A stretch of 64,000 bases of DNA from Octopus sinensis (taxonomy: Eukaryota): the NCBI RefSeq assembly GCF_006345805.1, contig NC_042997.1, forward strand, positions 34,410,001-34,474,000, written 5' to 3'. Of the stretch, positions 22,903 through 36,412 are shown piece after piece (the first letter of the stretch is position 1; each line of letters opens with the position of its first letter). The notes under the pieces are model-generated. The model was not told the origin of the DNA, did no database searches, and saw only the letters and a program-made list of their open reading frames with translations. A program made the translations under genes and the position numbers.

Positions 22903-23988
22903 TCCTTCTTTCTCTCTCTCTCATACACACATACATACACACACTTACATACACACACTTACATACACATACATACACATACATACACACACAATAATTA
23001 GAGAAGCTATTCAGAAGACAGATACCTGTGTTCAGATGTCGCTTCGTCGTCGTTTACGTTGGGAATATGAAAAGCTTCTTATTTTCTCAGCAGTTGTCAT
23101 CGATAAATAATCGAAACCGTCAGCCCCCGTGTATCAATGCAACAAGCAGACTCTAAGGATACAAACATGTTTCAACCAATTACCGAATGTTATGAGACAG
23201 ATATCATAACAATGAGATAAAGATTCAGTCACACCTGTGAAGTTAGCTCTTACAAAGTTGAGCACAAGTACGACCTGACTATGATCTATAGCAACTCTAA
23301 AAACACAGCAGTAATGTATTTTACTATAAACAACAAACTACCATGGAGAGAAATACGTTTTCTCTGAATCGATCATTTAGTAAGAACGTTATGACCTTTA
23401 TGATAAAATATTTCCTCTCTCTCGTCAGAAATATTCCCACGCACAAGAAATTATTTCATGAATTATTCAACTGAAAAATATAACATCTGGTAAAAGAAAG
23501 ACAATTTCTTTGCAAAACTATAGAATTCATCAACAAAATGCTAATAATTACAGTAATTGTTGAAATTCTAATTCGCGTCATTTAGATAACCAGTGCATGC
23601 GTAACAACAACGTGTAATATAGGCCGTTATAACTAAAAGAAAACTGTGGTACTTTGTATTACATTAGCTCAGCAGAAAATCGATTTAAGAGATATACTTG
23701 TATAGGTTATCTTTCAAAAGTCTATACAAATAAAATGCTATTCCATTCTCCAAGTACAGCTGGAAAAAGAAAGATAATAGCGAATTTTGTGCTTTAATAT
23801 CAAAGCACTACAATTTATGATCGACTAAGAAATATCATATCGAACATTATCTCACGATAATGATGAACGGACAGACAACTCAAATATTCAAAATAGAACT
23901 TTTAATTATGTAAAAGTTCGTAGTAGCGGATTTTTCGAATCAGTGATGCTTCGCATCCCTCTTCATCATCGTCGTCGTCGTCCTGATT

Positions 23989-24047
<59 letters not shown>

Positions 24048-24049
<2 letters not shown>

Positions 24050-24476
24050 TAGTAGAATTTGACAAGCTCAGAAAATATAAAGACCTGCTCATTGAAATTG
24101 AGAAAATGTGGCATCTCAAGGCGGTTACAATACCAGTGATTGTAGGAGCACAAAAGAATGATCAAGAAGGGAACCGAAAATTATATGAGAATGATCCCTG
24201 GCTTACCATCCCTGCAAGAAGTGCAAAAGATTGTCTTAACTGGTACATCACACGTATTGAGAAGAGCATTGTCGATGTGAGAACTATTACTGCCCATGTA
24301 TTTTGATTTAACTTTATTTCTATCAAAAAAAAAAAAATTGAACGAACTACTGAGTTTATACCAATGTATACTGAGTTTCTTTGCCCTAGGAGTCGGGAAG
24401 ACACTCGGCAAGAGATGGAAGTAAATTTGAAAGAAGAAGAAAAACCCATAAATAATAATAATAATAATAATAATAA
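24048..24476 (+). mobile_element. Dong/R4 LINE family C, 3' end (RLE C-terminus plus UTR), between (TAA)n tracts
   Basis: EFDKLRKYKDLLIEIEKMWHLKAVTIPVIVGA. Near-identical to 40005-40414. Confidence 0.9.
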
Positions 24477-24618
24477 TGGTTTCAAATTTTGCCACAAGGG
24501 AAACCATTATGGGGGAGGGGATGGATCGATTACATCGACAGCAGTGTTTCACTGGTACTTGATTTATCGTCCGCGAAAGGATGAAAGGCAAATTCGACCT
24601 AGGCAGATTTGAGTTCTG
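24477..24618 (-). mobile_element. Nin/Deu-like SINE 3' fragment
   Basis: ACTGGTACTTGATTTATCG...GAAAGGATGAAAGGCAAA is the reverse complement of the SINE core. Confidence 0.75.
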
Positions 24619-24709
24619 TTAAAGTACGTTTACTAAATGAAGATAAAAGACGATGATAGGGATGTCACCATCCCTACCAACGCAAGGGTAATGATGAAAA
24701 CGATTATGA

Positions 24710-24720
24710 TGATGACGACA

Positions 24721-24798
<78 letters not shown>

Positions 24799-24820
24799 GT
24801 GATGAGGATGATGATGATAG

Positions 24821-24861
<41 letters not shown>

Positions 24862-25023
24862 GTGATGGTGATGATGGTGATGATGGTGATGATGAGGATG
24901 ATGATGATGATGATGATGATGGTGATGGTGATGATGGTGATGATGAGGATGATGATGATGATGGTGATGATGATGATGATTATTATTATGATGATGATGA
25001 TGATGATGATGATGACGATGATG

Positions 25024-25055
<32 letters not shown>

Positions 25056-25087
25056 GATGATGATGATGATGGTGATGATGGTGGTGG

Positions 25088-25118
<31 letters not shown>

Positions 25119-25731
25119 GACGATGTTGGTAATATTCTGTGATTTTTCTAGCAGCGTTAACAAACGTTGCATCAGCAGATGTTGAGAACATTGGACACGA
25201 ATTTAACGATGGAAAAAAACGTGGCGATACATTGACTTGCTAGAAATAACAATCGCATCTCCTTCAAATTTCTTAACTACTCAAGTAAATACAAGGAAAC
25301 ACACAATAGGCGGTCACGTTTGGAATGCCTTTGATCATCAAGGTTGATATGAGATTACACAACTACAAAATAAACACAGTCACCCCTCCACCTCTTTTCT
25401 GTACAATTACTATCACCATCACTACCTTCACCGCCTCCACTACCTCTACCACCGCCTTCACCAGCGCCTCCACCACAGACGCTGCTGCGAACAACAAGAA
25501 CGATAACAAAACCAAAAACAGCGTAGGTTTGACATAGAAATAGTGTAGAACAAATGTCAGCAATCGACAGCTGCAATGAAAAAACAAAATAAGACAATAT
25601 CTTTAGTCAGCATGTTGGATAATGGGGATTATGATGATGATGGTGATGACGATGACGATGCTACAGCTGCCGCCGCTGCTTCTGCTGAGGGTGATGATGG
25701 CGACAGCAACGACGATGATAATGCCAATAAC

Positions 25732-25767
<36 letters not shown>

Positions 25768-26230
25768 CATGAGTAGGTAGAGTACAATGGGAATGTTGCT
25801 GTTGAGGATGTTGAATGCAATGATGATAATCATCATAATGTTAGTGATATTGATGTTGTTGTGGTTCTTCTTGACACTATTACAGCTGCTGCGGCATGAT
25901 GATGATGATAATGATAATGATGATAATGATAATGATGATAATGATAATGATGATAATGATAATGATGATGACGACGACATCGTGACGATGACGATAATGA
26001 TGATAATGATGATGACGATGATAATGCCGCCGCTTATGCTGTTGTGGTTGGAGACAATGACGTCGATTTTAAATGCCGTTGGTGCTGTTGATGATGATGA
26101 TGATGATGATGATGATGTTAAGACGATGATGATGTTAAAGACGATGATGATGATTATGATGATGTTAATGAGGAGGAGCAGAAGGAGGAAAAAGAAGAGG
26201 AGGACAACAACGTCAACAACGAAGACGACG
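24710..26230. repeat. (GAT)n/(GGT)n microsatellite (24710-25125) and mixed GAT/GAC/GAG low-complexity tracts
   Basis: Direct inspection. Source of the poly-H/M/I/D ORFs. Confidence 0.92.
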
Positions 26231-26595
26231 ATGAATAGGATCATGGCAATGATGATTATGATGAGGGTGAGTCTCACAACGATGTTGCTGAGCAGATATG
26301 GACAAGATAGCGCCAGTGACGATTAAGTTTTCCTTGACGTTTGCATTAAAAATGCTTTATTGTGTTGGATTTGGATTTGTCGTCGTTGATTTAGGTATTG
26401 TTGTTTTTGTTCATGCTGTTGTTATTGTTGTCATTTCTGAAGATTTTCAAACACTTTTGCGAACATTAATAAAACATAAGAAGTAAAACGCAAATTGGAA
26501 AATGCTTATTTCACAAATTGGAACACAAAAGTAAATGCAGTTCGGTTTTATAGAGGTATTAATTTTAAAATATACTTCTCAACACACACACACAC

Positions 26596-26626
<31 letters not shown>

Positions 26627-27639
26627 AAAACACACACACACATATAAATGTATATGTGTGTACGTATATATATATAAATATATATATATATATGTATTTA
26701 TATATACACACATACACATATGTTCTCATATATATATATATTTATGTATGTATGTATACATAATGTACACACATAAATACATACACATGAATATGTACTC
26801 AAACACATTTGCTTAAGTACATACACATATAGAGATAAAGATTCTGGTTATATAACTGAGAATGCATTTATTCAATGACTTACTCTAAATATATAATGTA
26901 GAGTTAACGTATATTTACTTGAATACGATTGTTATGAATGTGCAATTGTCTTCCAGCTTCTCTTAAAACCTGATCAGGAACACAATACTGAGTATATATA
27001 TATGGGAGTGTGTGTGTATAGTCAGCCGATAATAGGTGTACAAGTTTTATATGCTTGTTGATTATGAACATTTTGTATGTTCAGTTCTGTTGGTTCTAAG
27101 TTGTCCTTCATAGTAATTCCTGGATTGTGGTGGTTTTTTTGTTTATATTATACCATACATTCATATTGCGTAATTGTCTTTCATGGGGATTCAAATTTTG
27201 GTGAGATAATATTCGTTTAAGAAAACTTCACTTGTAATCTACAATGTTTGATTTATGTCATAATATGCTGTGGATGTTTGCAAAACTACAGTGGACAAAC
27301 TAGATTATCACTTAACAGAAGAATGCCGGTACATAAACAACAGATGAGGAAAAACAAGAAAATTCCGTTCAGTGGATAGAGTAACATCTGCCGGAATGGA
27401 AATACTGAATTTTAAAATACTTCGTTTTATAACTGCTCAGTCTCAACGAGGAACAACAACAAATAAACAAACAAAGAATATGCTTTATGAAATATAAACC
27501 CCCACCTTTAAGGTTGACAAATAATTTCTATGAATTACGAAGAGCGTTTTGGACACATAAATGTCGGCGCACACACATATTCACATAATGTGTGGTTATA
27601 CATACATATACACATGCATGCATAATATATACATATACA

Positions 27640-27790
27640 CGCACACATATTCTTTTATGCATTTGGCTTTTGTTGAAGGATGGAGTTCGATATTGTTGCC
27701 CTCTTCGAGTTTTTTGCCGTGATGTAGGCTTACTTGGGACCTTGGATAGTAGGAGTTCGAGTTGTTTCTTGAAAGCTGTTTCTTGTTGCT
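27640..27790 (-). mobile_element. CR1 3'-end fragment
   Basis: FKKQLELLLSKVPSKPTSRQ resembles KLDRLLSRIPDEPTSQ of the 11.1 kb copy. Confidence 0.55.
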
Positions 27791-29169
27791 TTTGCAGTAA
27801 ACTTAGATCTATCACCATAATTAAGATGTTTGCTTATGCCTTCATCTTCATCTTTGGCTTCTCCTTTTCCTGACAGACTTTTACTTAGCTGCCGTTCTTC
27901 TCTTTAGACTTACAATTGTCCAGAATAGTGGTGTCTGTTTTGTTGTGTTCCTCTCTCACAAAATTACCGTGACTCTTCTCAGATTTCATTGAGTTAGTTG
28001 GTGATGTGTCAGTGGTTTCTTTATTGCCTTTTTTCCGTTTTATCCATCCTTTAAATACACTGTCTAATAACTCAATAATGTGCGGTTTAAACAAGGCTTA
28101 CGAAAGAATTAATTAGTCATTTTTCCTTTGGATTTGAGCCGTGGTTCGATGAAAACCAAAGCTCCTCGTGGTCTCTTAGAGCGTTTTGTGGTGATTCTTA
28201 TGTTAAGTTCCATGCGAAGAGCACTGCTTTTATTTCTCAAACAGTCAGTTTCTTAGTATTTTAAAGGTAATGCAGTCTTAGCTGTAGTTGGCTTTACTGT
28301 GGTCCATATTGCTGAATAGGGAGGAAGAGATGTCAGGAAGACGTAGACAGAGAAATGCAGAGAGAGCAGAGAGACAGAGAAAAGTTAATGAAAATGAGGA
28401 GACAAAGTGAGAGGATAAAAGAAAAGAACTTAGAGATAATCAGAATAAAGCAGAATAGGCGAGAGAAAGAGAGAGGTGAAACAGAGAGAGGTTGAGAGAA
28501 ACAAAGAGAAAGAGGGAAGAGTAGAGAAGGTGAGACATTGAGAGGGCAGAGAAGGAAGGTGAGAGAAAGAGAGATAGATATCGATGTAAATGGAAATGCA
28601 GAGACAGGAGCAAAAAATGTGGAGCTAAATCGATATAAATAGAGATCGAATGATAGAAGGATCAATGTCAATAGGGAGATGCCAGTATAGATATAAATAA
28701 AGGAGACAAAAAAGAGTAAAAGGGAGAAAGAAATATATCTTACCTAGTTTCATCCATAAAACCTACGCTATTTGTTATTGAAAAATATATACAAATCTTA
28801 GATTCTAGAAGTTCCTGTATTTGGTATTTTAGCAATCTACAAAATTATATTGGCTCATACAAATGGAATCTTTCGACCGTAATTTGTCGGAGAAAATTAC
28901 AATCGACGTAGATAACGAGTCTTATTTACTCAACCACGTGATGAGACGACTTTGATCTTTGACTTCGGAAAATTCCATTCAACTGCAGAAAGGCTGATCT
29001 CATTAAAACTTTTTTTTTTAATTACGGTATATTGGTAGTAATGTATTTAATCCCAAAACCAGGTAGATTTCAGTTCAATTCCATCTAGTAGGAAATTTTC
29101 AAGATTTTTCAGGAGGTTAATTTCTCATGATTTAACAAACCAGCTCCACACACACATACACACAACACA

Positions 29170-29202
<33 letters not shown>

Positions 29203-29399
29203 CACACACACATACACACACACATATACATATGCAAGCACGCGCGCACACACGCCCACGCACACGTAAACACACACACACACACACACACACACACCAC
29301 ATATATATATATATATAATATATATATATATATATTACATATATATATTGTGACAAGGCTGATAAGGATAAAGAAAAAGTAAAGGGAAACAAAACCCGG

Positions 29400-31370
29400 A
29401 AGTCACTTTGACCCAGTGGTTCCTCAAAAAATGTATCTCCACCCTTGTGAACGGGCAGGCAGAAAAGGTTAGGGGAGCCAAAGAAGCAGCAACTAGAAGC
29501 CCCTCTGTGCCAGTGGTCCTACAAAGGAACGAATCTATCCCCTCATTGGCCAACCAGAGGGAAAATTCCCACCACAAGAAAAGGAAGGACAGAACACAAA
29601 CACATACATAAAGAAGGAAAGGAAGAAAAAGGAAAAGACAAAAATGAAACAACCAAAACCGAAACCACCAAACAAAAAAAACAGAAAACCCCATGGAGGA
29701 TCCAATGCAATCCCAAACCCTACAGGAAACAAGAAATTTGGAAGGCACTCAAGGACCTGCAGATTTTACCTGAAAAGCAAATGTTGGCATGGGTAAGACG
29801 GCAAAAACTGCAGGGCTCTTAAGGAGAAAAACTTCCCTGAGGAATGAAATGTCTGCAAGGAAAAATATACGAAAGGAGTGCGTTATTCAGAGGTTATGCA
29901 CAAGGCAGCAGCTGAGCAAGTGCCTTTTTTTGTACATGGCGCAAAAGATTGTGCAGCAGATGACCTGGCTACACCAAGCGCAAACAATGAACCTTGCCCA
30001 CCACTGCGCAAGACCACCACAATCAACAGACACGGGATGGACTCCCCTAACGTCCTGCACAGTCGTCACGCCAATATTTTTACTAAATATTGGGGGCCTG
30101 TTGCATCATAATAAAAACAAAATTTCTTTCCTGAGATTCCTTGCTGCATCCAATCAAGCCCTACGCATAGTACTCGTGGAAACTCGCCTCAGCCCTGATA
30201 TAGAGGATGCAGAAGTACACGCACCAAAATATGCCATATTGCGAACAAACAGAAGGGAAAGGAGCCATCGGGGAGTTGCTGTATACATCTTCGATGACCT
30301 CAAGTCTTACTGTCATATTCTAATTCAGTATGTGACACTCTACTTGTATACATAAGACAACACAATATAGTCATGTGCAATACATATTGCCCAGTGGATG
30401 CTTCAAACCACATAGGCAAGTTTGAAGATAGCCTCACAAGAATTAAAGAAGTCCTCATGAAACTGGTACACCACGTGAGCATATTTCTTATGGGTAATTT
30501 CAACTTCTCCAACGTCAAATGGCCCGAAGGTCTCAATCTCTCAGGAATGACTCATTGCAAGCAAGCACAGCCTCACCAATGCCCTATTCATGGAATAGTC
30601 TGTTCTCAGCCCAACTAGGGCGAATAACATTTTGGATCTTTACTTCACGAACAATATGGACATCGTTCATGATGTGAAAGTGATGCCGATATCAGCCTAG
30701 GATCACAACATAATAGAGCTGTCTATGTTTGGGCCGAAAGTAACCAGAGACATACAGCATAAAGTAAGCACTCGAAATCTCTCCAATCTGAACTTCCACA
30801 AAGCAGACTGGAAATCGATCCAAAGAGAGATCCTCGGACAGGACTGGCCGAAATGTCTCTCCACACCAGACATTGGCATGAAACTAGCTAGAATGTTTCA
30901 TGTCTGTTGTGCAAGCCAGAAATATCTCCCAGAGCTCAAGGTAAAAAATATATAGGAACAAAATTCCAAGGGAGAGGAAGATCCTCATGAGACGACGGAC
31001 GAAGGTTGCAAATCTCAACCGACATCCCAAAAGTATGCGAAAGTGTCCACCTAAATCAACACTGATGGAGATTGAAAAAAGGCTGTAACAATGCTATATG
31101 AGGGAGAGAGGTGACAAAGAAGCCTGGGTTATAAAAAACATAAAGTCAAACCCAAAGGCCTTCTTTTATTACGCGAATAAACAGCCTCAGTAAACTGCAA
31201 GATAGGACCCCTCTTCCAAAAGGATGTTTCCCTCACAGACAGTTCAACCAGGGTCAGTGAGGTACTGAATCACCATTTCAAAAGTGTCTTTACCACCTTT
31301 GGAACACAGACAAATGAATGAACCTGTGGACTTCTTTGCCGCCTCACCTATAACCATCGAGTCATTTTGT
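29400..31370 (+). mobile_element. CR1-clade LINE 5' part (Cys/His ORF1 remnant, AP endonuclease, linker), degenerate
   Basis: CRFYLKSKCWHG (CCCH-like), LLNIGGL...LVETRL...RRERSHRGVAVYI, MGNFNFSNVKW, PTRANNILDLYFTNN, and KSNPKAFFYY near 31150. Confidence 0.82.
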
Positions 31371-31453
31371 TGGGTGCTGTATATATATATTATAGATATA
31401 TATATATCTATATATATATATATATATATATTATAATATATAATAATATATAT

Positions 31454-31498
<45 letters not shown>

Positions 31499-31639
31499 GG
31501 AAAAATCGAAGTTGAAAAGGCACTGAAAATAGTTAAGATATTTTTATTATTATATTTAAAGATTTAAGCTGTTTCACAGTTTACACTGATTTTCAAAAAT
31601 TTGAAATAGAAAGGCGTGGCTTAAGTTGCAGCTGTTTTG

Positions 31640-32290
31640 CTTCTGACTAGTGTTTGAAACGCCCTATTTTTATAGGGAGTTCTATATCCCCTTCCGCAAC
31701 ACTTACACCAACAGTCAAAAAGTCTGGCCACTCCATTTGTGTGATTTGCATCAATCTTATTGAAAACTCAACATATAAATTCAAATCAGGACTGATTTTT
31801 ACTGTAAAAAATTACTTTACATGTTCTTCAAGGAACTTAATTTATGCTATCAAATATCTAGGATGTTATGCAGATTACATAGGTCAAACAAAGCTTATCT
31901 AAGAAATAGAATGACCATTCACCGAAAACAAATATAAGACCCCTGTACTAGACAGATTCCACTGAGTGGACTCATATACATATGTTCAAAAAGTAAGTTC
32001 CCCAAATTCCAGTCTTTCCCACTCTACCTATTTTCAGTGTATACGACCAATGAAGCACGTATGAGCTAAGAGAATACTTTCACACAAAAGTACAAAGCCA
32101 TATTTAACAAACTTTAATAAAGTACATACACAAATAACTATTCATCCTACCACTACACAGCTAACAACCTATACTTTAGCCAATGGACTTCAAAGAAACG
32201 ACTCTGTGTAAACCGGTAAAATCTTCAAATATAATTAAAAAATATATTAACTATTCATAGCGCATTTTCAACTTCTATTATTCCTATATT
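31640..32290 (+). mobile_element. PLE GIY-YIG endonuclease region (Neptune-type) and 3' flank
   Basis: CVIC...YKFKSG...FTCSSRNLIYAIKYLGCYADYIGQT. Similar to 8560-8900. Confidence 0.85.
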
Positions 32291-32439
32291 TCTACACGTG
32301 TGGAATAAAATAATTTTGTTTTCTCTCTTTGTCGCTCTCTGCATTCATACATACATACATACATACATACATACATACATACATACATACATACATACAT
32401 ACATACACACATACATGCATGCATGCATACACACACACG

Positions 32440-32471
<32 letters not shown>

Positions 32472-32533
32472 CATATATATAATCTCTACAAGAGATGAAA
32501 GCACTAACTGTACTGAAAGGTAATTGTTATGGC

Positions 32534-32728
32534 TATTTCAACATGGCGACTCGGTAGGAACCGACATTAGTACCATTTAACCCCAGGAGGACGCCTCCCC
32601 CCAGCTAGTTAGTCGATGCAGTTAGCACCCGATATATACTGCAAGCAGTGGAGCGAAAACTGGTTGCAATATATCTCGGGTGTAGATTGCATCGACGTTG
32701 GTTCTTACGGATCAGCCATGTTGAAGTG
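32534..32728 (+). ncRNA. Candidate structured RNA (long rod with side arm; pre-miRNA-like apical hairpin)
   Basis: Nested inverted repeats: 32537-47/32715-25, 32554-65/32697-708, 32612-23/32685-96, 32625-32/32676-83, plus inner stems. Non-Watson-Crick pairs are almost all G.U on the + strand. Confidence 0.6.
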
Positions 32729-32937
32729 TTGATAAGCATTACTTCATATAACTTATTTTCATTTGAAAACCCCACTAGAATGGGAGAAAGCGCTAATGAA
32801 CTAAGTGATATGATATATATGTAAAAAATGTAATATATAAATAAATAAATATATGTAAATACAAACCATCCGATCTTCTGATTACCTCATTTCTTCTAAT
32901 ATATAATACCTGTACATCATCTCCAAACCTTCCAATG

Positions 32938-32984
<47 letters not shown>

Positions 32985-33442
32985 ATATATACATACATAC
33001 ATACATACATACATATACATATATATATATATAGATGCTACGATGTAAGAGAAGATGCGGAATAAATAATGCACTGAACGAATAACAATGTTACGAAATA
33101 AAATACTAAGAAGATTAATAACACGGGAAAATATATGAATATTAATAAAATATTGAATAAAATTCATTGATACTGCATAGTAATTATAGTAATAATTTCT
33201 AATATTGGTACTAAACCATTGATTTTGAAAGAGAAAGAGAGAGGGGAGAGAGATAAAGAAGGAGAGAGAGGATGAGAGGGAGAGAGATAGAGAGAGATAA
33301 AGAGAGGAACAAAGGTTCAATGGATTAAATCGAACCAAGGATTTGGCAGGCATTTTATAGGCTGAGTTATTCTGGATAAGATTTGAACTCAGAATGTGAA
33401 GCGTTGAAATAAATATCAAAAGGTATCTCATCCGACGCTCTA

Positions 33443-33850
33443 ATGGCATTGCAGATCAATTGCAGTAAAAGTCCTTCTCCTTCTCGTCATCCTCCTCCTC
33501 GTCGCCCTCCTCCTCCACTCATCTTCCCCTACTCCCCCACTCCTCCTCCTCCTGCTCCTCCCCTCCTCCCCTGCTTTCCCTCACCTGTTAACCTCCTCCC
33601 ATGCCCTCCTCCCCTACCCCTCCCCTGCCTCCTCTCCCCCTCCTTCTCTTCTTCCCTCCCTGCTCCCCTCCTTCTCTTCCCCCTCATCCCCCCACAAGTT
33701 GTGGCAGTATCATCAGTAGCAGCAACAGTAATGATAATAATAATAATGAGGAATATAATGATGATGATGACGACAACAACAACAGCAACAATATTTATGG
33801 TCATATTAATGATCATTATTAATAATAATAATAATGCTTTCTTTCATTAG
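33443..33850. repeat. CT-rich and (AAT/GAT/AAC)n low-complexity tract
   Basis: Direct inspection. Confidence 0.85.
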
Positions 33851-34133
33851 CCACCCTATAGTTTCGGAATAAAACAAAGAAGTAATACAACAGACAATTA
33901 GCAGATTTGCAATGTGTATAACGTTGAGATCAACAAAACCAATTATTGCACACTAATAAATTAATAACATTACTATTAAAACATCAATGAAGAGATCTCG
34001 GGTAGTTCTTCAGGCAAACAACCACCCTATGATTATGTTATAACCACACATAAAAATTGCACCGGAATTATATATTTTTTCATTTCATTTTTTGCTTGTT
34101 ACCTATAAGCTAGCTAATATAAAAGTCAATTGT

Positions 34134-34500
34134 GGAGGCGCAACGGCCCAGTGGTTAGGGCAGCGACTCGCGGTTTTCGATTCCCAGACCGGGCGTGTGA
34201 GTGTTTATTGAGCGAAAACACCTAAAAGCTCCACGAGGCTCCGGCAGGGGATGGGTGATCCCTGCGTACTCTACTCTTTCACACACAACTTTCTCTCACC
34301 CTACTTCCTGTATCTGTTGTACCTGTAATTTCAAAGGGCCGGCCTTGTCACTCTCTGTGTCACGCTGAATATCCCGAGAACTGCGTTAAGGGTACACGTG
34401 TTTGTGGAGTGCTCAGCCACTTACACGTTAATTTCCGAGCAGGCTGTTCCGTTGATCGGATCAACCGAACCCTCGTCGTCGTAACCGACGGAGTGCTTCC
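34134..34500 (+). mobile_element. tRNA-derived SINE (OR-like), full length with TSD
   Basis: A/B-box head. TSD ATAAAAGTCAATTGT at 34119-34133 and 34501-34515. Confidence 0.92.
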
Positions 34501-36192
34501 ATAAAAGTCAATTGTGGATACTACTACATGGGGTTGAAGGCCAAGGCTCATTCAACATCTCGTCTTCGTGAATCATCTTTCAGTGTGAGTGGTGTGTCAT
34601 TTATTCTTCTTCGGCTGTTCGCGACGTGAGGTAAGTTGCGTGTGTAGACAACGACCACACTGAAGTTTTCAAATATTTTATTAGCCCCCGCCTTGACATT
34701 TACAAATGTACATCCGATGAATTAATGGAACATAACTGTTAGAGATCTTCTGTTAGGAATTTTCTTAATATAATTTGCTGGGTAATATGTAAGTAGTGCC
34801 AGGAAAATAAATCACAGCATATAATCAATACGTGTTACAAGGCACTACAATGTAGCTGGGTGTACAACATAAGCAAGTTATAACAAAATAAAGAACGTGA
34901 GAGAGTGAAAGAGAAAGAGAGAACAGATATAAATAGGGAGGGGTACGAGAGAGTAATTCACTGAGATAAGAGACAGATTTTCCTGGACGGTTAGTGATTA
35001 TCTCTGACCTGAGTTTGAATAAGTGAGAGAGGTTAGGAACTACCATACGGGGAAAAAGCAATCTGACCCTCATAATCCTGAGATAACTCTGCCTAAAGGT
35101 AAATATCAGTGTTGGCCCCAAAGTTCTAGAAACTTCAGCCATACTGTTTGGTGGATCAAAACAACTCGTATACTTACACTGAAATCTCTCACCACCGGCA
35201 TACGTCAGCCAATCTGATTGGTCGAAGCATATTCATTTAGACGTTTCTAACATTTATGATGACATTTTCCTTTTATCGAATTATATTGCATCGTAGTTCT
35301 AGACTAGGAAAATCTGAGAGCTACAGTTCAAGTGTGAGCCAAGATCTTGCTACAATCTAAAGCGGTATGCTGGGAAATAATCCGAGTTTAAGGATTTAGA
35401 AAGTAAGATTAAAATGTTCTTTGTATTAGAAGAGTGCGAGAAATTGTTAATAAACGAATCAGACTAATCGACGGAGCAGATAACTTTTAAGACCAAGGAA
35501 AGGGGATTGAAAAGAGCATGAATAATTTTGCCTTTTACAAAGCTTTCAGAAGGAGATTGAAAAAGCAATACTCTGACAGCCAAAAAACCAAAAAAAAAAA
35601 ACTAAGAATAAAAGAAATCATCTAAATAGTAATAATAATATATATGACAGAGATGGGCATTAAACTCTCTCACCCTCTCTACTCTCCAGATCTTGCTCTC
35701 TGTATATTTAGTTGTACCTCAAACTGAGAGATGAAAGCCACTGTTAAAATAATCCAGAGCACTGTCATTTTTGAACCTTCCATGATGACTCACGCAATGG
35801 CTACAGAGCTACAATGAGTGCATTGAAGTCAAGGGACCCTTCTTTGAAATTAATAAATATATCCCCGGAAAACTCTCAAAACTTCTGGAATGCATCTTGT
35901 ATATGATAAATGTTGAGTGTAGGGTGCACTTCCTGAGACAATACGTTATACCACAATATCTCTGAAAAATATATTTGCAGTCACCATATTACAAATGCTT
36001 CCACGAAAAGCTCTCTGATATTCATATATGAAGGATCTGTTTATACAGTTCTATATTTAAGAGATGAGGAATTATGTACATTATTTACATTATTTATATT
36101 TGACAGAAATTCGAAAAAAGTTAGGAAGAAGTATGGTGTCAATAGCGAACTGAACTCACTGTATGGGGAGATAAGCTGGGAAAGATAAATAT

Positions 36193-36410
36193 CTATTTTT
36201 TTACTACCCACAAGGGGCTAAACACAGAGAGGACAAACAAAAGAATTAAGTCGATTATATCGACCCCAGTGCCTAACTGGTACTTATTTAATCGACCCCG
36301 AAAGGATGAAAGGCAAAGTCGACCTCGGCGGAATTTGAACTCAGAACGTAACGGCAGACGAAATACGACTACGCATTTCGCCCGGCGTACTAACGTTTCT
36401 GCCAGCTCGC
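36193..36410 (-). mobile_element. Nin/Deu-like SINE monomer
   Basis: Reverse complement of the 14589 unit. Confidence 0.85.
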
Positions 36411-36412
36411 CC

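Noticed and set aside
24619-26326. Long poly-His/Met/Ile/Asp ORFs (179-224 aa)
   Set aside because: They are translations of (GAT)n/(CAT)n microsatellites, which lack stops in several frames. No domain content.
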